From the human T2T-CHM13v2.0 reference genome, Homo sapiens, in the NCBI RefSeq assembly GCF_009914755.1, contig NC_060927.1: 64,000 nucleotides of DNA. One strand, given 5' to 3'. A model generated the notes under the pieces. It had not been told where the DNA came from, ran no database searches, and was given only the letters and a program-made list of their open reading frames with translations. Of this stretch, positions 1 to 14,469 are shown in pieces (the stretch's first letter is position 1; every line of letters begins with the position of its first letter). The position numbers were made by a program, and so were the translations under genes.

Positions 1-1180
1 TATAAACCTTTTTTAAACTAAAGCTTTCTAACATCTATTGTTAAAGTATCTGAGTTAAATATTCTATATGCTTGTGGTAATAAACTATATTTGAAAAAGA
101 TGTTTTTTATTCATTTTCAAATCATTTTCTAATTCAGAACAACCTCTCTTGTCCTATTAGTGTGAATTACAGATTCTTCACTGTCACTGTCATGGTTAAA
201 AGAGAGTAAGTTAATTTAGATTCCTGGATGACTAAAGCTGGAAGGATATTTTTAGTGACTCTAATGACTGGATCTTGTGGCTTGCTGCAAAGACAGTATT
301 AGAAGCTGCTATTCAAGTTAGAAAGGGGTGATGAAGAGATATTGCAAAGGTTTGGGGGAAGATGGGGGAGAGATGGAAAATAGGGAAAACTGCTTTCCAA
401 TTACGTAATAGCAGATACCATTCCTGTCCTTACAGAAGGTCAGAAATGCAGCAGCTGAAGCCATCACATAATAGACAATTTGATGATAGTAACTAAGAAA
501 ACACAAAAGGCGTCTAATCTCCCCCCTATTGATAAAGCTGTCTGAGGTAGATCAATTTAGTCATGGTTGTTGTTAGGAAATTGCTCTTGTTTGATGTTCC
601 ACAAGCAGATCATGTAGTTTCCTAGGAAACATCCTTTTTCACTTAAATCTAATTCTCCCACGTTGCGGGATCTGATGACTCACTCAGCCTGACTTTTCTC
701 ACACTTCTCTCTGCCCATTAAAAAGGACCCACCAGCTGGAAATCCGCTAAATGAAATGAATTTATTAGCTCTTTTCACCTTGTTCTTCACTTAACTCTTG
801 TGTTCTTTCCTTATAAGTCTAACTGCTTCCCTGATGTGAAGGGTTAGAAATAAGGAAGGAGCTAGCTGTGTGATGTGAGCAAGTGTTGAGCACTGAGTTC
901 TGTCAATTTCTTGGTTATTAAGCTATATTTCAGCTTCTAGCTTTAAATGGAAAACATTACATGCACAGAGACATTTTTTCCTTGTACCCAGTAGTGGAAT
1001 TTGATAGCAATTTCATTTAATTTCAGATTCCCAGTCACACTTTATGGTAATGACAGAAAAAGAGAAGAAAGGGAGGGAGAGACAAAAGAAAAGAGTGGGG
1101 TGGGAAATAAGAGAGGAACAATGAAACTAAGAGAATTTGAACAGGTGTTTTAATTCTTATCGGAGTCAATATAAGCAATG

Positions 1181-1181
<1 letters not shown>

Positions 1182-1227
<46 letters not shown>
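1182..1227. repeat. (CA)23 microsatellite
   Basis: Uninterrupted CA run read directly. Confidence 0.97.
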
Positions 1228-1228
<1 letters not shown>

Positions 1229-1599
1229 CTAGACACTGAAGCTAATAGAAATATAATTTTAATTTGTTGGTGAAGTGCAGCTATACAACACATTTTTAAG
1301 AAATTAAAGCAGCATGTTCACATCTCCTAAATATGCTGAGTCCACAGTTAGTGGAGCTGGCACATTCGAAGCTTAGTTGTTTCTATGGTAACATGGGCAA
1401 AGGCATGGGTGATAGAGGGAAGTCTGCTGAGATTTAATGTGAATAAAGGATTTTCAGAGCAAAAAAATCAATGACGTTTTGCTCAGATGGTAGCAGAAAC
1501 CCACAATAGCGGAAGGCTCAAACTGCTGACAGTGGGTACTCTCTTGGCTGATCTGTGCTCTGCAACAGTCATACTGTTTTTATCCCCCTTTTTGCTATA

Positions 1600-1810
1600 C
1601 TCGTTGAATCTTCGCTGTATGCCAGAAACCATACTAATTGCTTTCCTTATGTTATCTTTATGTGATATGAGGTATGGTATCATTACCATCATTTTACAGA
1701 TAAGAAAACTGAAATCTAGCATTGGTAAACGTTTTGCCTAAACTCATACAGCTCAGGACAGTTTTAGGACTTGTTCTCAGCTCTGATATCCATGATCTCT
1801 GTCGCTTCTA
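1600..1810 (-). mobile_element. MIR SINE fragment
   Basis: MIR core in antisense: CATTTTACAGATAAGAAAACTGA...CTCATACAGCT. Confidence 0.7.
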
Positions 1811-2367
1811 CATTCTTTCACTCACAGGTAAATTAATTGGTTTTCTTTAGGATGAGAGATTGCAGAGGCTTGTAAAATGCCTGTGGCTGAGCCACCAAGC
1901 CACTATTTCATTCAAACAACTGTAAATATATCTCAAGCCTAGGTGGGTCTCACCAATGTGATTCTTAACAAAAGCATGATCGATATAGTCAGGACCTACA
2001 CTTTTGCAGTAAAGTTACTTGGAGCAGAGTTGTCTGGAAAAGACTTTCCAATATAGCATCATGCAATCTCCAGAAATCATCTTCATTCCTAGGATATGGA
2101 AGTAGAGATGACCTGTTTTCCAGCCATCTCCTATGCTGAATGTTCCTAATGCTGTCTGTTGTATCCATATGGAGAGAAGGAGTTGTGGTGGGACACCTTT
2201 CACTGGATGACTAGCAGTGAAATCACCTTTGGGTAGAACCATAGCAACAACCTGTATGAATGATCACTTTTATCTGCTTCCAACCTTAAGATTCTCAGTA
2301 ACACTGATATGTTGAATAGGCTCCATTTATAAGACTCTTCTTGAAAATCAGTTGTCTAGTTCCAAGA

Positions 2368-2812
2368 CCATGCATATCAGTCTTTAATGCATAACAAACC
2401 ACCATAAAAATTCAGTGACATGCAACAATAAACATGACTATGGAATTCAACCGAACTAGGGTCAGGTTTGGGGCAGACTCACATATCTGCAGCTGTCTAG
2501 AGCTCTAGACTCCATCTAGAATTAGGGAGACTATATTCATGTGTCTCTCGTCTTCTTCCTGGGTTCAGTGGACTAACCTAGCCATTTTCTCCTTCATGGT
2601 GATAGAAGAGAGTTCGGAGCACAAGTGGAAACACACAAGGTCTAGTGAAACACTATTATTTCCACTGAACTCTATTCGAAAAGCGAAGTCATGCAATAGC
2701 ACCCAAAAGATAAATATCTTGCTCCCCACAGTGAGAAAGTGCCACAAATTTAAGTGGCAAAAGGTGTAGGTACAGTGCAGATAAAGAATCGCAGTTAATC
2801 ATGCAATCTACC
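2368..2812. mobile_element. Old MaLR LTR (MLT1J/K-like)
   Basis: GCATAACAAACCACC...AGTGAC start, CACAAGTGGAAACACACAAGG, and TGCAATCTACCA end resemble old MLT1 LTRs. Confidence 0.6.
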
Positions 2813-2829
2813 AGAGACAATGTGACACA

Positions 2830-2975
2830 TTTGAAATTCTATGTCTGACACTAATGGTGTCAAGTTAGGCAATCTATTTATAATCTGAACCTTAATTTCC
2901 TCTTTTGTTAAACTGTGTTATTCCTACCACATGGAGTGTTTGTGATAATTGAATGAAGAAAACTGTGTGAAAGTC
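2830..2975 (+). mobile_element. MIR SINE fragment
   Basis: CTGAACCTTAATTTCCTC...GTTTGTGATAATTGAATGA, a degenerate MIR core. Confidence 0.6.
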
Positions 2976-5654
2976 ACAGACAAGAAGATGGAAATGAGGC
3001 TTGTCCAGGGCTACAACAAGCTTCATCCTTCTTTCGCTCTGCCTTTCCTATTTCTCTTGTGTTCCCATTTCAGAGATGTTCTCTTTTTTTGATATTCAAG
3101 GGGACCTCCTCCTGAGGTTGGGAAACTCAATTACAAAATTCTATATTCTCCGTTTTAGCTTCATTTTAGGCCCCCACATGCTACCATATGACAATAGACT
3201 ATACAAGCAATTATTTTCCAGTAGGCACAGATGTTGTTTGTTTCATTTGAGAACCCAAATTCTTATTGTTCCTACTTTTAAGGTCCATTTCCCAGGAAAC
3301 ACTTCATGCACAGAACAATAAAGAGCAGCAAATGACATTATTAATATCTAAAGACTCATTAAATTCTACTCAGTATTAAAATGTTTTAAACTCTCTGGAA
3401 AGTTCTGAATACAAATGTTCATTTAATGTACCTTTAAACTTCAGTATTTCAACAGAAGGAAGAATTCAGTTTTGGTCAGCAAATGTTAGGTTATAGCTGC
3501 TTTCGGAGGGCTGTTGTGTGTTCCCATTTTTTTTTTGAATGCCTGAATTTGCAACTTGAGGAAGAATGCTTTATTTAGGTATAAGATTGCCTTTATCTTC
3601 AGCCTCAGATCAGATTTCCTCCTTGCTTTTCGGGGACAGCATTGTATACGGTTTCTGTGTCTTAAACATTAGTGAAAACCCTCCTGGAATCCATTAATGA
3701 CAGCTGTCTTAGGTGATGTACAAAAAATTAAGTCGGAAAGAATAAGTAGCTGATTGTATATTTTGACATCTAGCTAGGGCATCTTGTGACCTAGATGGAT
3801 TTGAAGGAGGTTTTTTTTGGTTCTTTGTTTGTTTGTTTTTAAGTTTAGGTGTGTGAATAGGCTCATATGTACTTTTCAGTTTGAGGTTGATTTCGAATGT
3901 GATGGAAGAAGGCCAGTAACAGACAGCAGAACGTGGCTCACAAAGCCATGCAGATGCCCATTCAGTAACTTAGGGAAATTCAGTAGGGGTATCTATATTA
4001 CTCAAATATTGGGTGGATAGAACTTTGTAATGGGAAATAGGAGTGGGATATATGCCAGTTCATAGAAATATGTGGTAAAGGGGTGGGCTTATACCAGGGA
4101 TCAAGGTTAGGATCTCGCTCATAAATCAAGCCAAAATGTATTCACTAAGCCCAGGATACAAGGCTACAATTAGATTAATAGTCTTCATATCCATTTCGCT
4201 TGTTTTGGTGCTGAGTCAAACTGCCCTGACCTCCAGCCCTATTACACACTCATTGGATAGAAACAGATATGCATACATGTGACTTCCTCTCCATCCATCC
4301 TCACTTCTGGTAGAGAATATTTGGCACCATTCATTCCTAGTACTGAGACAAAACTGAAAAGTGAGCTGTGGGACTATTTGTGATCTGAGATCTGCATATA
4401 TCTGACAGGATCTTTAAATGAAAGAGAAATCTTGAATTTGTAAAGGAATATAATTAAGTGACTCTTTATAGAGATGAGGTAGGGGAACACAAATAATGCT
4501 GAAACTCTGAGGTACTGGCAAAAGTGGAAAACCGTTACCACCCATGGGCCTGAAGGAACAAGCAGAGGGAATGAAGCCTGGGAAGTGCAGGAGCTGAAAA
4601 ATTGAGACCACTACACATAAATGTCATTGTAGAGGTGCATGGTTTCTACTAGAACTGAGATACTGAGACATGGAGACAGCTAGGAGACAAGCGCATTGAC
4701 CTGTCTCTGTCAGAAACTCCTGTTATAGATGCAAATTAGTGAACCCGATCAGGACCCAGAGGGCCAAGAGACCCTGATGATGTAAGGGGTCAGAACGAAG
4801 GGCATAGAGCCTGGCAAAGCAGGTGGAAAATGGCTACGAGTGAGGACACGTGCAGGATGATATAAAAAAAAAATCTGTGACATAACTGAGGCTGCTGAAA
4901 ATCATTTGGTCTATCAGTGCTGACTTTTCTCCTTCAATTGAATTACCTCATTGCCTTTAACTGTCTCCTACTTATCAAAGCTGACGTTTTAGAGATGCAA
5001 TATTTCACAAATACCTTCATGTTGTTTTAGTGATTTCTTAGTGTAGCATCTTAGATATTTGTTGGTTGCATTGCTTAAAAAAAAATCCCAAACCAAAAAC
5101 CAAACTGTGTATACTGACATATAATATGATCTCCATTTTACTGAAAAGGAAGCTCAAAAAGCTTACAGGAGCTGAGACCTGTCCACATCCCTAACGTGAA
5201 ATCACAGTGTGATGCAATGCTTAGGTTAAGAAACACTCTGACAGCTAACACACCTTGTTGCTTCCATTAAGCTCCGTAAATGTCATGGGACTAATTACAA
5301 TTCAGATTTAATGACCGCCTAACATGTCCTAGGCACTGGGCTAGGGGGATACAATGGCAAATAAGATCACAGAATCATAAATGTTAATCCTTTTAGTGAT
5401 CTGCCTAAACATGCTTGCAATTGCCATACTATTGTTGTGCCATGGATAATACTTTGCCTGTTTTTATAATAATGGAAATCTAGAGTTTACTAATTTGCTT
5501 CAGTAATCCTCTCTTTTATATTTTAGATCCTTCCATGATATCATTTTAACTCCTCTTTTCCACCTCTTCCTTCCTCCCTACCCTGTCTGCCTTCCCACAA
5601 ATGTGAAAGTCAAGATTTTCAGAGGCAGCCCTGCCCAACTCAAGAATCAGTGCA

Positions 5655-5940
5655 GTCCAGGCATGGTGGTTCGTGCCTGTAATCCTAGCACTTTGGGAGG
5701 CACAGGTGGGAAGATCACTGAGCTCAGGAGTTTGAGACCAGCCTGGGCAATATAGTGAGACTCTGTCTCTACAAAGTATTAAAAGTTAGCCAGCTGTGAT
5801 GGTGCACACCTATAGTCCCAGTTACTTGGGAAGCTGAGGAAGGAAGATTGTTTACACCTGAGAGATTGAGCTGAGATTGTGCCACTGTACTCCAGGCTGA
5901 GCTATAGAGTGAGACCCTGTCTCAAAAAGAAAAAAAAAAA
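5655..5940 (+). mobile_element. AluJ-type SINE
   Basis: Diverged dimeric Alu with A-tail; TSD AAGAATCAGT at 5642-5651 and 5941-5950. Confidence 0.93.
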
Positions 5941-6723
5941 AAGAATCAGTATACAGGGATGAAACTGACTTCTTGATACAAAAGATTTGGGATATTTTTC
6001 TCTGAGAGACATTGGTCCTCTGATTGTGACACCGTATAGTTACTTACCAAACATTTCCAGGTATCTGGTATGGAAATAAATACATTATACACAAAATTTT
6101 TCTTAATTTGTTCCTATGTGTGGACTTTGTACACATTAGTTCTGTGCTTATATTTCTGCTGTTACTAAAATGATTAATATCATGAAATTAACAAAAAGCA
6201 GAACATTTGTGAATTCTAACTTTGAAAGCCCTTAGCCTGTCCGCTCAGGTCTATGTAGTTCTCATTTGTTTTACAATATAGAAATCTGAGCATACAATAA
6301 AGCAAACATGGTTAAGTGGGAGAAAAGCCCTTGAAAAGAGAAAATAAGGGATCATGTGGCATGTGCTAGACTAACCTTGAACAAGTTGCATGAAGACAAA
6401 TAACACTGTTAGGGAGGCAGCCCCTGAAGAGCTGCACTGCAACACTTGATATGCTCCCACAGACCATTATTCTTAAGCACGTCTCTGACGGGATATTTCT
6501 TTTTCCTTCTGGCTTGGATCTTCTTTCTCTGTAAATACATTTTTTGTCTTTCTGCCACTTTTTTTTTTCTGTACTTTTAACTAAGCTTGGCTTTGGGGAG
6601 GGTATGCTTAGCAGCTTTGGAAAAAGGTGCATTCTATTACAAAATCTTAGCAGTTTAGAGTCGAGAGGCAGTTTGGAAATCACCTAGTTTGACTTCCTCC
6701 TCTCACCTACCTAGAACCCACAG

Positions 6724-6932
6724 TCTAGCAATGCAGAAATATAAATTACTGCCATGACAAAAATTTTCTGTATACTATATGCACTGTCTGATATGGTATC
6801 CACTCCCTGAATGTTGTTGTTACACACTTTAAATCTGGTTAGTTTGACTAAGGCTAGCAATTTTAAACTTTAATTTAAATTCAAACAGCCACATCTGAAT
6901 AGAGTCTCCCATATTGGACAGTGTGGGTCTAG
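6724..6932. mobile_element. MER3-like hAT-Charlie MITE
   Basis: CACTGTCTGATATGGTA...AAACAGCCACAT...CATATTGGACAGTG match MER3 motifs. Confidence 0.7.
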
Positions 6933-7291
6933 AATGTTCTTGCGATGTGACCAGTGTTATATAGCTTTTAAGTGGAAGAAATCACCTTGCTGTTCGAGAC
7001 TTTTGGCTCAGTGCATGGATCCCTATTGATTTTCAAATACTGGAAAAAATCAGCCAATTAAGCACAGAACATATAATTAAGGTAGGATAGAAGTGTCTGC
7101 TGTCTTGGCAATGACAAAGCAAAATGGGAGCTACCTGAAGCTGGTGGCGGAGCGGGGAGGTGGGGGGGTGGTGGTGCACTATTTTCTTTTCTTATAATAT
7201 GGGTATTACAGTTACATTGCACAAATTGATGAGAAAAGCTTTGGCACATTATTTAAATTTATCTAATTTATTTAATTTTATTTAATTTTAT

Positions 7292-7686
7292 AGAACCATA
7301 AAAATTAGGGGGAAAGGCATGAAAGACAAGATGGGGTTGGTATAAGAATGTTAAATTTATATTGAGCAGAAAGTTAATAGCAAATGTTCTAAAATGGAAA
7401 ATTAAAGAACAAAAAATTAGGGGGAAAGGCAAGAAAGATAAGATAGAGTTATATCTTATCTTAAGATATATCTTAAGATTAGATACATCTTATCTTAAGA
7501 TATATCTTAAGATAAGATATATCTTATCTTTAAGCTATATCTTAAGATAAGATGTATCTTATCTTTAAGATATATCTTAAAGATAAGATATATCTTATCT
7601 TAAAGTTAACATGGTATAAGAATGTTAAATTTATCTTGAGCAGAAAGTTAATAGCAGATGTCCTAAAATGGATGAACTAAAGAACA
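7292..7686. repeat. ~114-bp tandem duplication whose second copy is interrupted by a palindromic TATCTT/AAGATA tract (7451-7611)
   Basis: Copy 1 is 7292-7405; copy 2 is 7406-7450 plus 7612-7680; aligned by eye. Confidence 0.9.
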
Positions 7687-9419
7687 AGGTAGCATAAATA
7701 GCCACAAAAACAGCTGTGAGTAGCAAAGGTTAAGGCTGTTTCTGTGTGGAGTGAGGCAGTGAGTAAGGAGAAATAGACATGCAGGGAGTTAATGCTTTTC
7801 TGTATTTTATTATTTTTGGCCATGCCTGTGCTTTTTATTTTTTTAATAAATAAAAGCCATTTTTCCAAGCTTCGTGGGTTTGAAATTAAGGCAGAAAATA
7901 AACTTACCAGGTACATTTTTTTCTTTTTTAATGAAAAGATGGTTGGAAACAACACTTAAGGAACAATTAAGTCTATCACTGCTTTCCTCTTGTACTTAGC
8001 CAGATATACAAAATATTTACTCACAGAATCATTTGTATTTGTCTGATACATAAAGCCAGTAATTTTGTCTGGCAATCTGAGACTCTTGTTGTAATAAGTT
8101 GGATCTTCTAAATAATTATTAAATTCAATCAAAGCAAGAAAAAATAGGCTGGAATTATACAAATTCAAACACAGCTCATAACACAGTACAGTCAAAGAAC
8201 AAGGAACATAAATGCAGAGCTGGTGCTGCCTGATGGAATACCCCAGGCAGAGTGCTCATGTACACTGTCCAGGCTGGCTATTTGTTACACATGCTGACAG
8301 TGAATGGAGTAGAGCCAAGAAGGAGCTCATTTATCAGAATTAGGGGAAACAAGGCAGAGATGCCTAAGCAGTTAAGATCTATATTTGAGGTAGGTGTTGG
8401 AAATAATAGATATTGGGTTGTAGATAAGGGTTGAGGATGGGCAGATGACCTGCCGCAGAGTGGAGACACAGACATGAATGGACAGCCTCAGAGTCTGGTG
8501 AGCCTATGAATCCTCACAAGGCATGGCCACCCAGGCACAAGGTTCATGGGCAGGCAAGACCAAAGTGAAGAGTGGGCCCCAATTATCCAGTGAGCATGTA
8601 GAAAGGGCTTGCCAAGAACAATCAGACTGGGTAAGTCCATCCCTACTTTGCAGAAGCTCACTGTCTGATTTTACCTTTGAGAAGGAGTAAGTGGAATACA
8701 ATGAGGTATAGCATAACATGACCCCCTGGACAATAAGAAGCTGACCTTCTGACCACAGTCAGGTAGAACCATAGATATAATGCTAAATTTATTTTTACAT
8801 GTTGCTTATACTTACCTTTAGAATCTCCATTTTCAAGTCTCATTCTCTAAAATTTCATCCTGAGTCATTTCATCTTCTTAAATATAACCTATACATTAAA
8901 CCTCCTACAAAGCCGTTGTATATCTGTAGTCTACATGGTTGCAGAGTTCTCTTCATCCAGGCCCTACCTGGGCAAAGGAAGCACAATCCCTACTAGAAAT
9001 GAATTCTAGAGCAAGTCTCAGTCCATTGTCACTCTATGCTCGACTGGCTTGCAGACAAAAATGTTCATCCTTAGTAATTCATTCTTCCTCCCTAAGTTGA
9101 CTACAGGCATACAATCATGTCAAACAAGTGTGCAGTACATTCACCTATTGGACATTTTTATGGGTCTTCAACACAAGATTTTTTTTTTGCCAAAAATTTC
9201 CAAGAAAATTGTAAGCTAACCCTCTGTTTCTGATGGAGAGTAGGATGTCAAGGCCTCCTCTCCATCTTCAATTTCTATAGATTCTTTCTATCAAGTGTGG
9301 GTCTTTTTTCTAGAAATCCCCTTGCTCTTTTTCCAGGCCCATTACTCTTGAATGATGTCAATAATTACTGCAGGTGTCCTAGTGATCTCAAAACTGATTA
9401 TGCAAAAATTTGTGCCTAC

Positions 9420-9865
9420 TGTCTTAGTCTGCTCAGGCTGCCATAACAAAATACCATGGACTGGGTGGCTTAAACAATAAAATTATTTTCTCACAAATAT
9501 GGAGGCTGGAAAGTGTAGCCTTCAGATGCAATATACTGGCAGACTAGACTTCTGGTGAGGGCTCTCTTCCTGGCTTGTAGATGGCCACCTTCTCAGTATT
9601 TTCTCACACGGCCTTTCCTTGGTGTATGCATGCTGAGGGAAAAAGAACACTCTCGCTGTTTCCTTCCTTCTCTCTTTCTCTCTCTCTGTTTCTGTCTCCG
9701 TCTTCTCCTTCTTGTAAGACCCTAAAAATCCCACTATGAGAGCCCCACCTTGCCAACCTAATATAATCCTAATTACCTCCCAATGGCCCCATCTTCATAT
9801 ATAATTTACAAATTGGTGTTTAGAGCTTCAATATATGAATGGGAAGGTTCACAATATGTACTTAG
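9420..9865 (-). mobile_element. MLT1A-type MaLR solo LTR
   Basis: TGTCTTAGTCTGCTCAGGCTGCCATAACAAAATACCA...GGGTGGCTTAAACAA. Confidence 0.85.
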
Positions 9866-10780
9866 CATGAATATGAGTATGCTCCTTGCTCATAGAACTG
9901 GCCTGCCTCAGAGTGGATCCAGATCATGTTCCCTTGATTTATTATCTAATGCTTTGATTAGGCTAATACATCCCTCTTTATTGGTTTTCCTCCAGCCCCT
10001 CTTAGTGTGCATGAGCTTCCATCACACCATCCATCGGAGATGTAGCATGCATTGTGGTCTACACAGATAATTTATGAGTGTAATCACTTTTGTGCCTTCT
10101 CTAGAATATATTTCACCTCAAATCCATCATATATGTTTTTCTTCCATTTCAATTACATCTGTTGGCCAGTGTAGAGGTTTCCTTTGTTTGCTGAGAAATA
10201 GTACAGGGCCAGAATTCAAGCATGCTTGACAGGTGCATGGTATTGCTAATGAGAATGCCCCTAACAATGGGGTGATCATGGGGTCAGCCTGCCTCAGATT
10301 TTATATGAGCTCTGAATCTTATGTTTTCTATTAACTCTATATTATAGTCTCCTGCACTCTGTGTTGCTTGCTTAACTTCTGTCATTCTGACTTTAGTGTT
10401 CTGGCCATTTAGAGGTTGGCTCCACCCAGCCAGAAAGCCATCTGACAGTCTAATTTCTTTCATGCCGCCTCTTCAAGTGTCTTCTGATTTGAAGCCAGAG
10501 GAAATGTAACACTGATTTTTTTTTCTGTAATTGCTGACGTGTTTAAAGATGTGATGTACATCTTCAATATCAAATGAGAAAGGCTTCCAGCTGGCTAGGA
10601 CTTCAACAGAACAATTCAAAGCTTAAGTAATGGACCCATGACACAACTCTGCTTTTTAAAGAGAAATACTAATGAGGGAGGTACTATCTTAAAAATTGAG
10701 GTAGGAAGGAAGCAGATGAGAGAGGGCAGGGGGAGGAGATGGGCATAGAAAGAGAGAGCAAATATTTGTATACATGGATA

Positions 10781-11123
<343 letters not shown>

Positions 11124-12027
11124 TATTTTATTATTTTAATAATATAGAAGATATGGATAATTTTTTAAATTATTGAATCTGCCTCTGAGGTTAATCATGA
11201 TTTTATATTAGTTATTGGTTACTGGACATGAGTACTTCATATTTATCTTTAACATCAGGGAAGTTGTGATATGCTATGGATGGAATTGAAAGAACACATG
11301 TAGTTCAGGAGGTTTTATAAGTAGGTTTTCAAATATGGAACATTTTGGAGTCAAGAAATTTCTTTCAATTCTAAACCTTTCATTTAATGATAATGATGGT
11401 ATATAAACTATGTAACCTCTCAGTGCCTTAGTATTCACATTTGCCATGAAAAGATTTGACTAAATAACATCCAAAGACTTCTAGAACTTCTAATAGAAAT
11501 ATTCTTTTTATTCTGTTCTTTGGTATTACTAAAGTTGATCATAGATGAGAAAATCATATAACTTATCATCAAACCAAGGACACTTTTGAAATTCTCCCAA
11601 ATCAGAATAAAATATAGCTTTGTTAAACAAGTGACCTTTTAAATGTTTGAAAGACCACAACCAGAGATAGGATGTAATTCGGTAAGTTTTCTTGTGAACT
11701 CTAGAAACAAAAGTTCCATTGCTCATAGAGGGTATTTTATTTACACGTATGGTAGCACATCTGCACCCTCTTTCCTGACAGTGCCTGGAGTTTCCATTCA
11801 AGGAACTTCTTTGCTAAGAATCCACCTTCTCCACTTTTCATTCAATCCTGCCTCCCACTCACTCACGGATTTGAGAATCTTTCCTCATGGTTCCTGCAGC
11901 ACTGGCTCAAACCTTTATCACTAGTCAGTGCACCATTTGATAATTGTTCATTGCTGTGCCTGTCTCTTCCATAAAATTGAGGGCAGAATCTGATTATTTT
12001 GTTTCTGCTGTCCCAGGACACAGGCAG

Positions 12028-12155
12028 CAGGGCTGAGACTAGAAAGAGACAAGCAAAGCACCAAGATTAAGTGCAGGGCCAGCACTTGCACAAACCTCAG
12101 AGTGAACCCATTTCTACATTTCACACATTAGTTACCTCACTTCCTCGCTCTAGTT
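12028..12155. mobile_element. MER81-like hAT MITE
   Basis: CAGGGCTGAGACTAG start, AAGTGCAGGGCCAGCAC core, CCTCACTTCCTCGCTCTAG end. Confidence 0.5.
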
Positions 12156-12242
12156 AAGTGTTGATGAGTAGAGTACTTAGCATGTAATAAATCTCTAGCA
12201 AGCCAGTGACATGAAGAAGTACTACAATTTGGAGTCAGGCTT

Positions 12243-12778
12243 TATTTTAAAATTTGGATTTAATATTATTTTGAAGTCAGCAGGCCAACAGATTAGACAA
12301 CTGCTATTTGAAAGATAGTTTGTGACTTAGAGTTTCCAAGAGGAGGTGGCGTGCCCTTCCATGCAGGTGCCGTGTTGGGAAGCAGCAGAGTCAAGAGGCA
12401 GAGGGAGAAAGGGGAAAATGTGGGCAAAATGCTTTATTGTGATTTCTACAGAACAAAATGGGAAAGCCAGGGCAAGTAGTTTTAGAATTAGCTGGTTTGA
12501 ATAATTTCAGCAGGCTCAGGAGTTAAGAGCCTGTTTCTAGTTAACTGGTACCTGGCCCTGGGATGACTAGGCAGGCAAATGGTAGCACTGAGAGAACCTG
12601 ATAAAGGAGGTGGTTGGGATACAGGCTCTGCATTGATTGGTTGGCATGAGAAAGGTACACTTGTGGGGCAGTCTTTCACTATTTCTGGGAATTGACTAGC
12701 CAGGAAGGGACAGTCCCTCCAGGGTCAGCAAGTCTCCCAGATGTCAAAGCATCAGAATAAAAAGACATGCTAAATACA
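12243..12778 (-). mobile_element. MER74A-like ERVL LTR
   Basis: Reverse strand begins TGTATTTAGCATG...GATGCTTTGACATCTGGG...CTTGCTGACCCTGGAG and contains CAGGGCCAGGTACCAG and CTGAAATTATTCAAAC. Confidence 0.8.
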
Positions 12779-14469
12779 GGCTTTCCTGAATTTGAATTTG
12801 TGCTGTCATATACAAGTCTCATGGCCTTAGGCAAATCAACTGATTCTGTAATGTGACAACCTTACTGGGTTGTTACGTGGATTAGAGCAAAGAGCCTGGT
12901 ACACAGTAGGTACTCAATATTGGACAGACATTAGTCAATGACTGAAGTATGCACAGTAAAATCTCTATAACATGACTTATACATGTTACATATTTATGCA
13001 CCCATGACTAGACAAATCTCAGGCAATAAATACTTCAATTTGTGTGGAGGGGTAGCTTGTTTCATTGCTGTTTTGAAAATTACCTTCACTTTAGGCCACT
13101 TCTTTGAATATTATTCTGAATAATCCTGCAAAATAGACTAGCTGCTTCTGGCAACTTGAATCTCTCTTTGAGGCTCCTGAAATCTCTAGCTTTGAACAAG
13201 GCTAAAAATAACCCAAGTACCTTCCTTCCCTCGGGGATGGTGGTGCTACAGACTTCACAGAAGTCAGGAAATACAGGGGACGATGTATGTGGATTCCAAA
13301 GTAAGCTTCTAGAACTTTCCAAAGCTTCAAGGAAAAATTAGTTTCAGCTGCCTTGCAAGTTTCAGAAGAAGCTCTCTCTAGTCTGGTACAGTGACAGCAG
13401 CAGCAGGGATTTTTACAAACATTAGAGCACATTAAAGAGAGGCCCTAAATATGGCATATGGAAGCAGCAGCAGACAAAGGATAAGATTTGTTGTGGAGCA
13501 TTAGCTCTCCCTTGCCAACGTTTAGGGATTGGAGGTGATATAAGGCTATTAACTTCAGACCTTTGTCTCCTATACCAGGGAAAACATCAGTGAATTCGAA
13601 GAGAAGAGAATCACAAATGATGTGTTGTGCGAGTTGCAAAGAAGAGTTAACTGTGTTAGCAGGAGAGACAAACATAGCAGCTTTCTCCGGGGACTTCCTG
13701 CTCTTCTTATGCTGTCATTCAGTGTAAAATAGCATTCTGATCAGGCATCCTATGACAGTGAGGAACTTTCCCCTGGGCCTCCTTCAGGGGTTGGAGTGGG
13801 TCTTTGCCAGGAAATGTTAGAAGACTGACACTGCTTAAACTTAAATGTATAAGAGACTAGAATGTGGGCAGCATAAACATGCTCTTAACGTTTCTCATTA
13901 TAACAGCTGAAACATTTCTTTGGAATCTTCCATTTCATTCCCTCCTGAATGAAGAAGCGCCAATGTACCCTGAAACAGTTACATGAGCCCATATACCACT
14001 GTATCCTAGAGACTCTAAAGAAGCTGGTCTTTTCACTATTTATAATTTTTTTGTGTATTTCTATAAGAAATAACTAAGGTAACATGTAACTTTTACATAA
14101 CTAAGGTTAATGTAACTTTTGCATTGTGGAATTTATTGAAAGAATATACACTATGGCACCGACATTTGGAAAATTACTTTCCTCTATGAGAGAATTTATA
14201 ACCTGTAGAAAATAGTAGGGATCTTAACGTTTTCTTTTAGTTTCTTAGTTTTTCACTTTTTTTAAAAAATTGCATTAAGGAGGTCCAGTACATGCTAAGC
14301 TTCTAAGGTAAACAGCTGTGTATTTTTCAAACAGCTTCTATAGAGTAGACTGAGATACAGTACTGAGCTATACCCACTGAACCTGATTAGCCTCATGTTG
14401 TTCAAGGAGAGCTCTTAGTTAAGGTAAAAAAAAAAAAAAAGAAAGAAAAGAAGGAAGACGTGGTAAAAT

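Noticed and set aside
7143-7175. G-rich run as a G-quadruplex
   Set aside because: Lacks four clear G3+ tracts
7451-7611. Palindromic repeats as a CRISPR-like array or MITE
   Set aside because: No unique spacers, cas genes, terminal inverted repeats or TSD; eukaryotic context
13080-13750. Cluster of short overlapping ORFs in unique DNA, possible exons
   Set aside because: No recognisable protein similarity or supportable splice structure from sequence alone
14071-14123. ~27-bp imperfect tandem duplication
   Set aside because: Ordinary slippage product
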